The position numbers were made by a program, and so were the translations under genes. The notes below the pieces were generated by a model that saw only the letters and a program-made list of their open reading frames with translations, searched no databases and was not told the origin of the DNA. A stretch of DNA of 61,843 bases, filler included. It is 4 parts of 4 records of this genome, joined end to end, with 100 filler letters (N's around TTAATTAATTAA, not from the genome) between each part and the next. Parts side by side here need not be neighbours in the genome. Positions count along the whole stretch, not along the records: positions 1 to 26,154 come from SRR31156797_3443; positions 26,255 to 39,357 come from SRR31156797_3448; 2 more parts are not named here. One strand, written 5' to 3'. Position 1 is the stretch's first letter. Each line of letters begins with the position of its first letter. Below, in pieces: positions 19,604 through 30,122 of the stretch.

Positions 19604-21184
19604 TTACATCTCCAACTCAATCCCCTTAGAAGCAACTGCCTCAGTCAATATCCCCGAAGACTTCTGCGCTGCTGTGACCACGGTGGGCGAAGAAAAACTC
19701 ACACCGTTATTTCCTCCAAATCGATTCAAAATCCCTGTAAGATATTCCGCTTGGGAGGAAAGTTCCTGTGCCGTTCCCGCCGTCTGTTCCGAAACCGTAG
19801 CATTCCGCTGAATAACTTCATCAAGTATCTGAATAGATGAGTTAACCTGTGAAGCTCCTGTGTTTTGTTCATTGCTGGACACATTAATTTCCTGAACCAA
19901 CTCCGCAGTCCTTTCAATATCAGGAACAAGCTCCGACAGCATAGTTCCAGCCTTGTCTGCCACATCCACGCTGGTTGTTGAAAGTTCGCTGATTTCAGTG
20001 GCTGCAATGCCGCTTCGTTCTGCCAATCTTCGAACCTCGGCAGCGACCACAGCGAACCCTTTACCATGTTCACCGGCCCTTGCTGCTTCGATAGCTGCAT
20101 TCAGTGCCAACAAGTTGGTCTGCCGAGCTATTTCTTCAATAATTGATATTTTTTCAGCAATTTCTTTCATGGCATCAACTGTATGTGCAACAGCCTTGCC
20201 ACATTCAGTAGCCCGCGCGCCCGAATCCCTGGCAATCGTATCGGTACTCTGGGCATTTTCCGCATTCTGACCAATATTACTCGCCATCTGCTCCATGGAA
20301 GCTGATATTTCTTCTACGCTGGCAGCCTGCTGAGAAGCCCCTCTTGAAATTTCATCCGTAGAGATGGACAATGTGTCACTACAGGAACTAACCTTATCCG
20401 AAACAGACACAATTTCACGAATCACACCCGTTAATTTGGTCGTCATTGCCCGCACGGAATCAGCAAGAATCCCCAACTCATCAGAACGCTTAAAATCAAG
20501 TTCGCCTGAATAGTAGATATCTTTATCAACCGCCGATGCCCAATTGGAAATCAAACCGGTATCCCTGACCACACTTCGAAGCAAAAAATTTGCCATTAAA
20601 ACAAGACAAATCAATAACAATAATGAAATTGCACTAACCCACGTCACTTGAGAAATACAACTCTCCATGCCTGAAATTAGTCCGGCTTCCATCACATTGA
20701 AGCGTTCATTAAGAACTACAAATCCTTCAAAAGCCGGTTTGTCGCTGATCTTGACAACTCCATCCACTTCTTTGGGAGTTTTCCCTTCAGCCCACAGTCT
20801 TTCGACAAGAGTCACATTCGAAAAATAATTCTGCATGACTCCCTTTATTTTATCCAAAGCCCGCTCTTCGGCTGAAGTCACTCCCAGCTTCCTATACTCA
20901 TCAAGATACCCAAGAATTTGTGTTTGATTCTTTGTAATTCGTTCTTTGAATTTTGGTTGACCACGAAGAACATAATTTTTAAAATTATGAATAATTCCAC
21001 CGTATCCAAATTGCTCTTTAATCTCTGTCAGCAACTTCTGCCTCGCAACAGCTTTGGATGTATACGCATTCCAATCACGATTGACCTCATCCAAAGCCCG
21101 AAACATTAACGGCAAGGAAATCAAGATAACCCCAATGCACACCGCCAGATTGATTCTTACTTTATTATTGAGTGATATATTCAT
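19604..21184 (-). CDS. Methyl-accepting chemotaxis protein
   Basis: Two TMs, HAMP, and the hairpin [30 protein letters not shown]. Confidence 0.95.
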   Translation of the reverse strand: MNISLNNKVRINLAVCIGVILISLPLMFRALDEVNRDWNAYTSKAVARQKLLTEIKEQFGYGGIIHNFKNYVLRGQPKFKERITKNQTQILGYLDEYRKLGVTSAEERALDKIKGVMQNYFSNVTLVERLWAEGKTPKEVDGVVKISDKPAFEGFVVLNERFNVMEAGLISGMESCISQVTWVSAISLLLLICLVLMANFLLRSVVRDTGLISNWASAVDKDIYYSGELDFKRSDELGILADSVRAMTTKLTGVIREIVSVSDKVSSCSDTLSISTDEISRGASQQAASVEEISASMEQMASNIGQNAENAQSTDTIARDSGARATECGKAVAHTVDAMKEIAEKISIIEEIARQTNLLALNAAIEAARAGEHGKGFAVVAAEVRRLAERSGIAATEISELSTTSVDVADKAGTMLSELVPDIERTAELVQEINVSSNEQNTGASQVNSSIQILDEVIQRNATVSEQTAGTAQELSSQAEYLTGILNRFGGNNGVSFSSPTVVTAAQKSSGILTEAVASKGIELEM

Positions 21185-21365
21185 CCTTGAAACCTCCTAT
21201 CCCTACTAAAGACTATTCCCCCCAAATCCATTTCGCCCAGATAGTACAACCTACACTTCAATACTTAATTGAGTATTATAATCTGACATAACACCAGTTC
21301 TTCATTCCATTTGCTCTAAAATTATAGATTATAAAAAAAACTGAATAAAAAACACTGGAAAACAC

Positions 21366-21710
21366 ATGTACGCAGTAATGTTTGAAGTCCATCCCACGAA
21401 AGAAGGCACAGCAGAATATCTTGAAATCGCTGGTAATATCAGAGGATTTCTTGCCGAACAAGACGGTTTCATATCCATAGAACGCTTCCAAAGCATGAAC
21501 GAAGAAGGAAAAGTTCTCAGTCTCTCATATTGGGACAGTGAAAAATCTATCGAGAAATGGCGTAATTTACTGGACCATCGCCATGCCCAAAAAACCGGTA
21601 AGGAAAAACTGTTCCATTCATACCGCATCAGGGTTGCGCAGGTCGTCAGAGACTACACTCACACGGATCGAGAATTCGCTCCTGAAGATTCAAATAAGGC
21701 ATTGGTATAA
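21366..21710 (+). CDS. Antibiotic biosynthesis monooxygenase (ABM) family protein
   Basis: GFISIERF, LSYW...WR...H...AQ and RIRVAQVVRDY pattern. Confidence 0.85.
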   Translation: MYAVMFEVHPTKEGTAEYLEIAGNIRGFLAEQDGFISIERFQSMNEEGKVLSLSYWDSEKSIEKWRNLLDHRHAQKTGKEKLFHSYRIRVAQVVRDYTHTDREFAPEDSNKALV

Positions 21711-21960
21711 AAGTTCATTTCAAACCTTCTACAAAGAGTACCCCGCATAGAAGTCGGCTTAGTTGTTTCAACCAGCTAAACCGACTTTTCTTTACCTATA
21801 AAAACACAATTCGCCCCATCACTCTCTAAATAAAAAGTTTTATTCGACGAAGAAAAGAAGTCACAATAAACCCAAATAATAATGCGCCAAGGCTCTACAA
21901 CCTGATAATACATCACATATGCGCTTTTCTTTACCTCAACAGATTGAGAGGAAGCCAACC

Positions 21961-24900
21961 GTGAAAAAAAAACACGCTGAATCCTTTATCATCATTCGAA
22001 GTTTCCTCGTTACAACCATCATCCTAGGGACTATGGCTGCAACTGGCTGCTATTACATGTATTTCATGGAAGTCGAATCTATTAAGAACGTGATTAAGAT
22101 CAACGAAAAGATGCACAACAATCTGTTGTCACGTACCATAAGCCTTGATTTGAAAAGCTTGTTTAATGACCTCGAATTGACAGGAAGTCACGTCGAAATA
22201 AAAAACTTTTTGAGAAATAGAAATTCATCCGCTCGATCAGATCTAGAGTCAGAATTCATTGCTTTATGCCAAGTCAGCAAATCATATGATCAAGTCAGGA
22301 TACTCGATAACACTGGCATGGAACTCGTCCGGGTTAATTACAACAATGGCCACCCTCAGGCGGTTCCACCGCAAAAACTTCAAGACAAAAGCAATCGTTA
22401 TTACTTTAAGGAATCCCAAAAGCTTAAACAGGGTGAAGTCTATGTTTCACCATTTGATCTCAATATTGAAAATGGAAAAATCGAAGAACCTCTCAAACCC
22501 ATGATCAGGGTCTCCATGCCTATTTACGACGATTCAAAACAACGTCTCGGAATCGTCATACTCAACTATCTCGGTCAACAAATACTGGATAGTATTGCCG
22601 CGAATAAAAGTGGGGATAACGAACTCTCTATGCTCCTGAACGACGAGGGATATTGGCTCTTGTCTCCAGACAAAAAACAAGAATGGGCTTTTATGTACAA
22701 AGACCGAAAATCTCTTGATTTCGGCACCCTCAATCCACATGCATGGGAAATAATAACTTCAGCAAAAGAAGGACAGTTTTCCACAAAAAAAGGATTATAT
22801 ACTTACTCAACCATCGTTGTTGCGCCAGAATCTCAAAATAGCGAACTCGGAAGCGATGCACGCCAATGGAAAGTTGTATGCATTACTCCTCTATCCACCA
22901 TTGAGGAATCTTATGCCAATATATTCAACAATTACACCATTATTTACACATATGCATTTCTCCTTATCCTTTTTGGAGGATTGACCAGAGCCCGCTTTAT
23001 TGGTGCACGAGCACAAGGCCAAAGAAGGCTTGAAAAAGCCAAACTGGAAGCGGAAAATGCTAACCGAGCCAAAAGTGATTTCCTGGCTCGAATGAGCCAT
23101 GAAATACGCACTCCGATGAATGCAGTTATTGGTTTAACACACCTTGCTCTCAAAACGGAATTGACCTCCAAACAGACCGACTATCTCACCAAGGTCGATA
23201 TGTCGGCAAAATCATTACTAGGAATCATCAACGACATACTTGATTTCTCTAAAATCGAAGCTGGTAAACTGGAGGTTGAAGAGGTTGATTTCATTTTGGA
23301 CGATGTGCTCAACGACATAGTCAACATGCTCGGCCTTCAGGCAGAACAAAAGGGGATTGAATTCCTGCTGATGGTAAAAAGTACTGTTCCCAATCTCCTT
23401 GTCGGTGATCGGCTTAGACTGGGGCAGGTGCTCCTGAATCTGACCGGAAATGCTCTAAAATTCACAGAATCCGGGGAAATCATCATTGCAGCAAGACTCA
23501 TCGAAGAAACAAATGATACGGCTATAATTCAATTTTCCGTCAAAGATACCGGTATCGGAATTTCACAGGAACAGGCCACCAAACTATTTCAACCCTTCAA
23601 TCAGGCTGATGGTTCCATTTCTCGTCAATTCGGAGGAACAGGACTTGGCTTGACCATCAGCAAAAGACTCGTGGAAATGATGGGGGGTAAAATTGAACTG
23701 AAAAGTGAAATTGGAGAAGGAAGTGAATTTGTTTTCACCATCCCGTTCGGCCTCCAAGCCAAGCACTCTGGCGCACATCATATATACCCTGATGAAGTCA
23801 GAGGAATGCGAGTTTTGGCTGTAGATGACAGTAAAATGTCACGCATGGTCCTTGATAAGGTTTTACGCTCCTTCACATTCGATGTTGTAACAGCAAGAAA
23901 TGGAGGGCAGGCGCTTGAATTGCTACACAAAAACGATGAGTCTTCTCCTTTTAAACTTGTTATCACCGATTGGAGAATGCCAGATATCGACGGCATTGAA
24001 TTGGTGCAAAAAATAAAAAAAACAACCCTGCTCAAAAATATTCCCAAAGTTATTATGCTCACGGCGTTCGGCCAAGATGAAATTCGTCATCGTGCTGAAC
24101 GAGTGGATTTGGACGGTTTCATGCTCAAACCATTTAATCGCTCCATATTGTTTGATACTATTATGGAGACCATCACGGCTAATACCCCCCGAAGGATCAA
24201 GAATTCTTCGGAAAGCCCAAGACTCGGTGTACCAAACAACGTGGCCGGAGCACACGTTTTACTCGCTGAAGACAATGAAATTAATCAACAAGTTGCACGT
24301 GAAATTCTTGAGGGCGCGGACATCACTGTGTCCATTGCCAACAATGGACAGGAAGCAGTCGAAATGATCAAGGTCAACACCTATGATGCGGTACTCATGG
24401 ACATCCAAATGCCGGTTATGGATGGTTTCAAGGCCGTAGAAAAGATCCGAGCCAACAAAAAACTCCAATCGATCCCAATTATTGCGATGACCGCACATGC
24501 CCTCGTCGGTGATAGGGAAAAGAGTCTTCTTGCTGGCATGAATGACCATGTCACCAAGCCAATTGATCCAGATATACTCATGGAAGTCCTTTCTAAATGG
24601 CTCCGCAACAGTCCAAAGGTAAAAAAAAGCACACCTTGTCCTCCCTCAACCGAAGAGACTCCTCTTCATGTGTTTGAAAACATACCCGGCATAGACGCAA
24701 CACAAGCTCTCGCAAGGGTCCGGGGGAACACTGTGCTCCTCAAAAGGCTCCTCATTAATTTCTCGTATGATTGCAAAGAACAGTATTGTGAACTGCCATC
24801 GTTGATTTCCATGAACAAATTTAAAGAAGCGCAACATCTGGTCCATACCATAAAGGGAGTAGCTGGGAATATTGGAGCAACGGCTATGCACCAATCCGCT

Positions 24901-25293
24901 CTAGAAATGGAAATAGCCTTACGGGATGATCCCAGAGCGATTCAAGACAAGTTGGACGCACTTGAAACTGAAAGAAAACGGATTGAAAAAGGTATCTTTG
25001 CCGCATTCCCTCAACAGGACAGGGACAAAATTGCAAAAAACACAGACAAGAAGCTTCTCAAAGAGTTCAAATCAATAACTCCGTACCTTACAAAACTTTC
25101 TTCACTGTTGAAAAAACATGACGTTGAAGCCAGAGGCGTTTACCAATCCATAGAGATCGAATTGACACACGCGGCCCCACTTTTTGCGAAAGAACTCGGA
25201 GACCTGCTCAATCGATTCGACTTCAAGAACGGGCGAGAAAAAGTCGAAAAATTTATGAAAGAATACAAAGAATTGGAGAAGAACAACAAATAA
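21961..25293 (+). CDS. Hybrid sensor histidine kinase (Cache-like sensor, HisKA, HATPase, 2x REC, Hpt)
   Basis: GAGAGG RBS before GTG 21961; MSHEIRTPMN, DTGIG, GTGLGL, two receiver domains, HTIKGVAGNIGA. Confidence 0.93.
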   Translation: MKKKHAESFIIIRSFLVTTIILGTMAATGCYYMYFMEVESIKNVIKINEKMHNNLLSRTISLDLKSLFNDLELTGSHVEIKNFLRNRNSSARSDLESEFIALCQVSKSYDQVRILDNTGMELVRVNYNNGHPQAVPPQKLQDKSNRYYFKESQKLKQGEVYVSPFDLNIENGKIEEPLKPMIRVSMPIYDDSKQRLGIVILNYLGQQILDSIAANKSGDNELSMLLNDEGYWLLSPDKKQEWAFMYKDRKSLDFGTLNPHAWEIITSAKEGQFSTKKGLYTYSTIVVAPESQNSELGSDARQWKVVCITPLSTIEESYANIFNNYTIIYTYAFLLILFGGLTRARFIGARAQGQRRLEKAKLEAENANRAKSDFLARMSHEIRTPMNAVIGLTHLALKTELTSKQTDYLTKVDMSAKSLLGIINDILDFSKIEAGKLEVEEVDFILDDVLNDIVNMLGLQAEQKGIEFLLMVKSTVPNLLVGDRLRLGQVLLNLTGNALKFTESGEIIIAARLIEETNDTAIIQFSVKDTGIGISQEQATKLFQPFNQADGSISRQFGGTGLGLTISKRLVEMMGGKIELKSEIGEGSEFVFTIPFGLQAKHSGAHHIYPDEVRGMRVLAVDDSKMSRMVLDKVLRSFTFDVVTARNGGQALELLHKNDESSPFKLVITDWRMPDIDGIELVQKIKKTTLLKNIPKVIMLTAFGQDEIRHRAERVDLDGFMLKPFNRSILFDTIMETITANTPRRIKNSSESPRLGVPNNVAGAHVLLAEDNEINQQVAREILEGADITVSIANNGQEAVEMIKVNTYDAVLMDIQMPVMDGFKAVEKIRANKKLQSIPIIAMTAHALVGDREKSLLAGMNDHVTKPIDPDILMEVLSKWLRNSPKVKKSTPCPPSTEETPLHVFENIPGIDATQALARVRGNTVLLKRLLINFSYDCKEQYCELPSLISMNKFKEAQHLVHTIKGVAGNIGATAMHQSALEMEIALRDDPRAIQDKLDALETERKRIEKGIFAAFPQQDRDKIAKNTDKKLLKEFKSITPYLTKLSSLLKKHDVEARGVYQSIEIELTHAAPLFAKELGDLLNRFDFKNGREKVEKFMKEYKELEKNNK

Positions 25294-25440
25294 ACCAATT
25301 AAATAGAGGCAACTTTATGATTCCATGTAGGCCTAAATAGCGCAGCTTGCTCAAACTTCAATCGATACGCTAAAAGAGTTCTCGCAAGGCCGATAATACA
25401 TTCCCACAACGACTTCAGACCTATCGCATGGAGATCAGAT

Positions 25441-25662
25441 ATGGCTCTTTACAGAAATAAAAAAAATGGCAATCTCTACTTCGCCTTGGACAATGTAACC
25501 AATGCCACAAATGCACAAGATGATCAGGAAATGGTTTTGTATCGACCAGTTGAAAGCGAACGACTTTTCTGCCGCGAACGCGAAGAATTTTTCCAAAAAT
25601 TCGAAAGCATAAAGGCCGACGACATTGTAAAATTACTCGGCCCAATGAGACAAAAATCATAA
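25441..25662 (+). CDS. DUF1653-like small protein
   Basis: YRNKKNGNLY...MVLYRP...FCREREEFFQKF pattern; GGAG RBS. Confidence 0.7.
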   Translation: MALYRNKKNGNLYFALDNVTNATNAQDDQEMVLYRPVESERLFCREREEFFQKFESIKADDIVKLLGPMRQKS

Positions 25663-25723
25663 ACTGTCACAGTCTTCCAACTCAATAAAACAGGCTAAGC
25701 CCTACCCCTCAGAGACAAAAGAA

Positions 25724-26002
25724 ATGCCCAGCACAACTCCCCCCAAGGTCAACAAGGCCGTGGCAGAAAAAGTACTTCGCTACATTACTCACCACGGCGG
25801 TATCCATGAAGATTGGTACGTAGGCATTGAAGACGAAGGTTCTGATCGAAACGATGATAACAACCTTCATCCTATCCGTTACGATGTCCCTTCCGAGGAC
25901 GAAGCCAAACTCACAATGTCCTGGCTACTCGGCATGGGACTTATGGCAGATGATGAATACGGCGCCGAACCAACTGTATTATTTATCTACACCCGAAAAT
26001 AA
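25724..26002 (+). CDS. Hypothetical protein (92 aa)
   Basis: Compact ORF with plausible composition, collinear with neighbouring genes. Confidence 0.65.
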   Translation: MPSTTPPKVNKAVAEKVLRYITHHGGIHEDWYVGIEDEGSDRNDDNNLHPIRYDVPSEDEAKLTMSWLLGMGLMADDEYGAEPTVLFIYTRK

Positions 26003-26124
26003 TTCCTGACATAAACACCTTACCCCTTTCTCAAAACTCTCAATCCCCACAAAAGACAACCAACAAAAAAAGCCCTCATTACGAGGGCTTATGACACTTC
26101 TTGATACGAAGTAATTATGTTCTA

Positions 26125-26154
26125 TGGCGGAGAGGAGAGGATTCGAACCTCCGG
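26125..26154 (-). tRNA. 3' fragment of a tRNA, probably tRNA-Ser, cut by the contig end
   Basis: Minus strand CCGGAGGTTCGAATCCTCTCCTCTCCGCCA contains the T-arm GGTTCGAATCC, the acceptor 3' strand, a G discriminator and CCA. A hairpin AAGCCCTC-ATTAC-GAGGGCTT lies downstream at about 26070-26090. Confidence 0.8.
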
Positions 26155-26254
26155 NNNNNNNNNNNNNNNNNNNNNNNNNNNNNNNNNNNNNNNNNNNNTT
26201 AATTAATTAANNNNNNNNNNNNNNNNNNNNNNNNNNNNNNNNNNNNNNNNNNNN
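26155..26254. other. Artificial contig-joining spacer
   Basis: N44-TTAATTAATTAA-N44; the 12-mer gives stops in all six frames. Confidence 0.99.
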
Positions 26255-27620
26255 GTTGTTGCTGTTGTTGCTGTTGCTGTTGTTCTATCAGCTTTTTGTT
26301 GTACGCGGCGTCAGCGTTTTCCGGATTAATTTCTAGGGCTTTTTGGTAGGCTGCAAGAGCCTCTTCATAGCGCCCCATTTTGGCTAAAATGTTGCCTTGG
26401 TTGTAGTGGTCGTCGCTGGTTTTTGGATCCGGTAGTTTTTGCAAAGCCTCTTCATATTCTTCAGCCTGGTAGTGGGCTGCAGACTGCCATTTCGGATCGA
26501 TGAACATTTTGGCTGCCTCTGCCGGGGATTTGTTGTTGAATTGTTCTGCAGCCAGCTGATTTTTATTATGCCACAACTCCTGCCACTCAACAGCTGTGCC
26601 TGGCTGGGGGAGTCCCATGACTAAAATAAATGGAAGGATGAGGATGCCTTTACGAAAAAGAAGCAGGGCAAGGGGAAGCAGCAAGGGAATGAGCCAGTAG
26701 CCTTCGTCCTGGTAAAGAACAGTGCGCTGCCTGGTGGTATCTGCAGCCGTGATGCGATGCCCAGCCTGTAGGGGGTCAACTAGGTCGGTTAAGTCGCTGT
26801 CATCGCTGGTGAGACGGTGATAACGGCCGCCTGTGAGTTTTGCCAGCTGCCTTAGAGGAGGCGCGTCCAGGCGGGTCAGCACCATATTACCGTCCCGGTC
26901 GTAAAGAAATCCTTGTTGCCCCTGTGGGATTGGTGCTCCTTTGGTCGTGCCAGTACCCAGGATTGATACACGGTAATTTTCGGCTTTTTCTACAATATTT
27001 TCCGGGAAAACAGATCCTAAGCCGTCTGTTATCAGCAGGATGTCTCCCTTGTTGTCCCCGGTCTGTTTGATCAAGTCAGCGGCCTTGGCCACTGCCAGGT
27101 CGGGACGAGATCCCTGTGCTGGTATGAGGCTGGAATCCATGGCCTTGACCTGCATGGCAATGGTTGCCATGTCCGGCGTGAGAGGACAGACCGTAAAAGG
27201 GGTGCCTGCATAGACAACGAGACCTGTCTGCCCGTCCTGTCGTTGTCCGAGTATATCAAGGATTTTCAGCTTTGCCCGTTCGAGTCTGGTCGGTTTTATA
27301 TCGGCAGCATCCATTGATTGGGAAAGGTCAAGCACCAGCACCAGCGAGGCCATACTCCGGTAGACAGGTTGTTCCTTTTTCCGCCAGGCAGGACCTGCCA
27401 TGGCGGTAATGGCAATAAGGCAAAAAAGCACCAGTGCAAGGGTTATTCTTTTTTTGCTCGATCTGCTGGCACCTTTCAGCACATATGGAGCCAGAGCGGG
27501 ATCTATCCATTGCTGCCATGCGCGGCTTGCAGCCTGTTGCACCACAATATACCTGATAAGGGGAACAACCAGCACGAGCAGGCCGAAAAACCAGGGGCGG
27601 AGGAAGTGAAATTCGTTCAT
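26255..27620 (-). CDS. BatB/BatC-like VWA + TPR protein, 3' truncated in a poly-Gln tract
   Basis: Start MNEFHFLRP overlaps the batA stop (ATGA); MIDAS DLSQSM and ITDG; TPR YNQGNILAKMGRYEEALAAY. Confidence 0.88.
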
Positions 27621-28597
27621 TTGCGGCCTCTTGCAATAATCAGACAGGGGCACAGCAGCAGAGCTGCTCCCAGAGGCCACAGATACAATTCAGATTTGGG
27701 ACGGAAAAATTGATTGCCTGTCAGGACTGGTTCCATGTCATCAATCAAGGCATAAATTTTTTCCAGTTCACTGGTATTTTTTGCCCGAAAATAATGGCCG
27801 CCGGTGATTGCTGCGATACTGGAAAGCGTTTTTTCATCAAGCTCTGCCGACGGATTGACCCGCCGTTTGCCAAAAAACGAGTCAACGAGCATTTCGTCGG
27901 CCCCTACACCGATGGTGTAGATGGTAATGCCCGCCTGCTTGGCAAATTCAGCAGCTTTTTCAGGTTGGATCGTACCTGCAGTATTGGCCCCATCGGTAAG
28001 CAGAATTATAACTTTGTTTTCAGCAGCCAGTTCCTTCAACCGTTTGACCCCCAAACCGATGGCATCTCCGATGGCTGTTTTTTCTCCGGCAAGACCTATT
28101 GCTGCTTCATTGAGCAGGGTTTGTACCGTTTTTCGGTCAAAAGTCAGCGGGGCTTGGAGGTAAGGCTGGGTGCCAAAGAGAAGCAGGCCGATGCGGTCAC
28201 CTGTACGACGTTCAATAAATTCACCTGCAACTTTTTTGGTTGCTTCAAGGCGTGTTACATACTGGTTGTTGAGCTGGAGGTCCTCAGCCTTCATGGATCC
28301 GGAGAGATCAATAGCCAGTAAAAGATTTCTGCCTGAGACCTGTATTTCGATGGGAGGGGCAAGCCACACAGGTCTGGCAGCCGCGATGAGTAAAAGTATC
28401 CAGAAAAGCGCGGCCAACCAGAAAAAAGGCGTGTTTTTGAAAATCCTGCCGCTGCGGTCGGCGTATACGACAAAGTCCTTTGCAAAAGGTACCCGTAAAG
28501 CTGCCTCTTCGTTAGAGTCGGCAGCAGGCAGGAAGCGATGGATGAGGAAAGGAAGAGGCAGTGCCAGCAAAAACCATAACCATTCAAATTGCAGCAT
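27617..28597 (-). CDS. batA: BatA-like VWA domain protein
   Basis: AAARP, DLSGSM, APLTFD, TAIGDAIG and LLTDG; start trimmed to MLQFEW after GGAGG. Confidence 0.88.
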   Translation of the reverse strand: MLQFEWLWFLLALPLPFLIHRFLPAADSNEEAALRVPFAKDFVVYADRSGRIFKNTPFFWLAALFWILLLIAAARPVWLAPPIEIQVSGRNLLLAIDLSGSMKAEDLQLNNQYVTRLEATKKVAGEFIERRTGDRIGLLLFGTQPYLQAPLTFDRKTVQTLLNEAAIGLAGEKTAIGDAIGLGVKRLKELAAENKVIILLTDGANTAGTIQPEKAAEFAKQAGITIYTIGVGADEMLVDSFFGKRRVNPSAELDEKTLSSIAAITGGHYFRAKNTSELEKIYALIDDMEPVLTGNQFFRPKSELYLWPLGAALLLCPCLIIARGRK

Positions 28598-29123
28598 TCT
28601 TCCTCCATGGTTTTGCAGGAAGGGCAATGAGCCAGTTGTTGCACGCAGTTAGCAGTGCTGTCCCGTCGAGCGCAGCCTGTGGATTATAAGCAGCATGCAG
28701 GAGCTGCTCACCGACAGGGGTATTAAAAAATGCGTGATGACTCTTGTTGTTGCTTGGACAGCTATCAAGAAAGAGGAGCCACTCTGGCCCCGTTAAAGAG
28801 GTGCCGTTGTTAGCTGGAAAGCGAGTCAGGCATACCCTGCGTAAGAAAATAGAAACCTGTCCGGCAAGGGCGTGATTGTCTTGGGTTAGCAAATACTTGT
28901 TCTCGATTTCCTTGAGTGCTTTGGCTGCGTCTCGTTTCCATACCTGTCTTTTGTAGTGGCGATAAAGGAGGTAGAGCAGAATTACAATGCCTACAATAAG
29001 CAGGAGCAGTATCCACCATCCTATAGCTGGTGGCCACCAGGAGACAGGAGGCGGCAGGTGGTAATCCTTCAAAGGAAGTGGTGGCGGAGTCGCAAGGGAC
29101 TGGAGTGAGGGAGGAGTGTTCAT
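28584..29123 (-). CDS. DUF4381 family protein
   Basis: LKDYHLPPPVSWWPPAIGWW and LTGPEWLLFLD; sits in the moxR/bat operon. Confidence 0.88.
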   Translation of the reverse strand: MNTPPSLQSLATPPPLPLKDYHLPPPVSWWPPAIGWWILLLLIVGIVILLYLLYRHYKRQVWKRDAAKALKEIENKYLLTQDNHALAGQVSIFLRRVCLTRFPANNGTSLTGPEWLLFLDSCPSNNKSHHAFFNTPVGEQLLHAAYNPQAALDGTALLTACNNWLIALPAKPWRKNAAI

Positions 29124-29127
29124 CGTG

Positions 29128-30081
29128 TTAATGGCTCCCTAGCCCATTGCGGATGGTTTGCACCAGGTCAGCGTCAGTGGCAAGTGAAATCAGATGTAAT
29201 CCCTGCTTTACGCAGAGGGCTCGCAGATACTCACTGCGCAGGGCAAAGGAATCCGCATATTGCCGACGAAAAGATGCATTGCCGGTATCGATGGTGGTTG
29301 TCCGACCACCGTCAGTAACCTTGTACGATCCGGCAGGGGGGAGTGTGGTTTCCAGAATATCGTGAATATGGCAGAGTACAATATCGTTATGTCGTGCCAT
29401 TTGACTCAGCTGTAGTTCATCTTCACTGGTGATGTTGCGCATATCGCTGAAAAGAAAAACAAGACTACCTGATTTTACGACCCGTCTGAGGCGTAGGAAC
29501 GTGTCGTCTTGTGCGATGGAGGAGGCTTGGGCCGGGTGTTGCCATGCTGGATGCTGAACCAGTTGCTGAAAAAAATGGAGCACACCTCTTTTTCCCTGCA
29601 GAGGACGGACTTCCGTATGGTACCCAGGTGCTGTGATGATGCCGCCGACCCTGTTCCCCTGCTGAGCTGCATTCCAGGCAATAAGGGCTGCAGCATGGGC
29701 GGCCACCACAGACTTAAAGGCTCCTTTGGTAGCAAAAAACATGGATGGGTGCAGGTCCACCCAGAGAAAAATCATCCGTTCCCTTTCTTCCTGAAATACT
29801 TTGGAATGGGGCTTACCTATTCGTGCTGTCAAGCGCCAGTCAAGGTGGCGGATATCATCGCCTGCCTGATAAGGACGAGCTTCGACAAATTCCATGCCGC
29901 GTCCTCGAAAGGGTGATAAAAAACTTCCCGACTGCACAGAACGGATGGTATCTGACTGTAAGGGGAGGGTTTTTTCAAAACGCTTGTAGGCCACAAGATC
30001 GTCAATAACCAGTGAGGCCGGATTGGAGTAACCGGCTTTCTGGTGCTGCTGGGCTTGTTTTCGAGGTCTTCGTCGCAACAT
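29128..30081 (-). CDS. DUF58 family protein
   Basis: GRGMEFVEARPYQAGDDIRHLDWRLTAR. Confidence 0.93.
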   Translation of the reverse strand: MLRRRPRKQAQQHQKAGYSNPASLVIDDLVAYKRFEKTLPLQSDTIRSVQSGSFLSPFRGRGMEFVEARPYQAGDDIRHLDWRLTARIGKPHSKVFQEERERMIFLWVDLHPSMFFATKGAFKSVVAAHAAALIAWNAAQQGNRVGGIITAPGYHTEVRPLQGKRGVLHFFQQLVQHPAWQHPAQASSIAQDDTFLRLRRVVKSGSLVFLFSDMRNITSEDELQLSQMARHNDIVLCHIHDILETTLPPAGSYKVTDGGRTTTIDTGNASFRRQYADSFALRSEYLRALCVKQGLHLISLATDADLVQTIRNGLGSH

Positions 30082-30122
30082 GGGATCTTCGCCTGATTCA
30101 GCTACTGTCCTGCAGGTGGGTG

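Noticed and set aside
26199..26282. ORF-track extension through Ns and the CAA/CAG repeat
   Set aside because: The extension is a spacer artifact. The poly-Gln tract is a normal low-complexity Bat protein linker that explains the assembly break.
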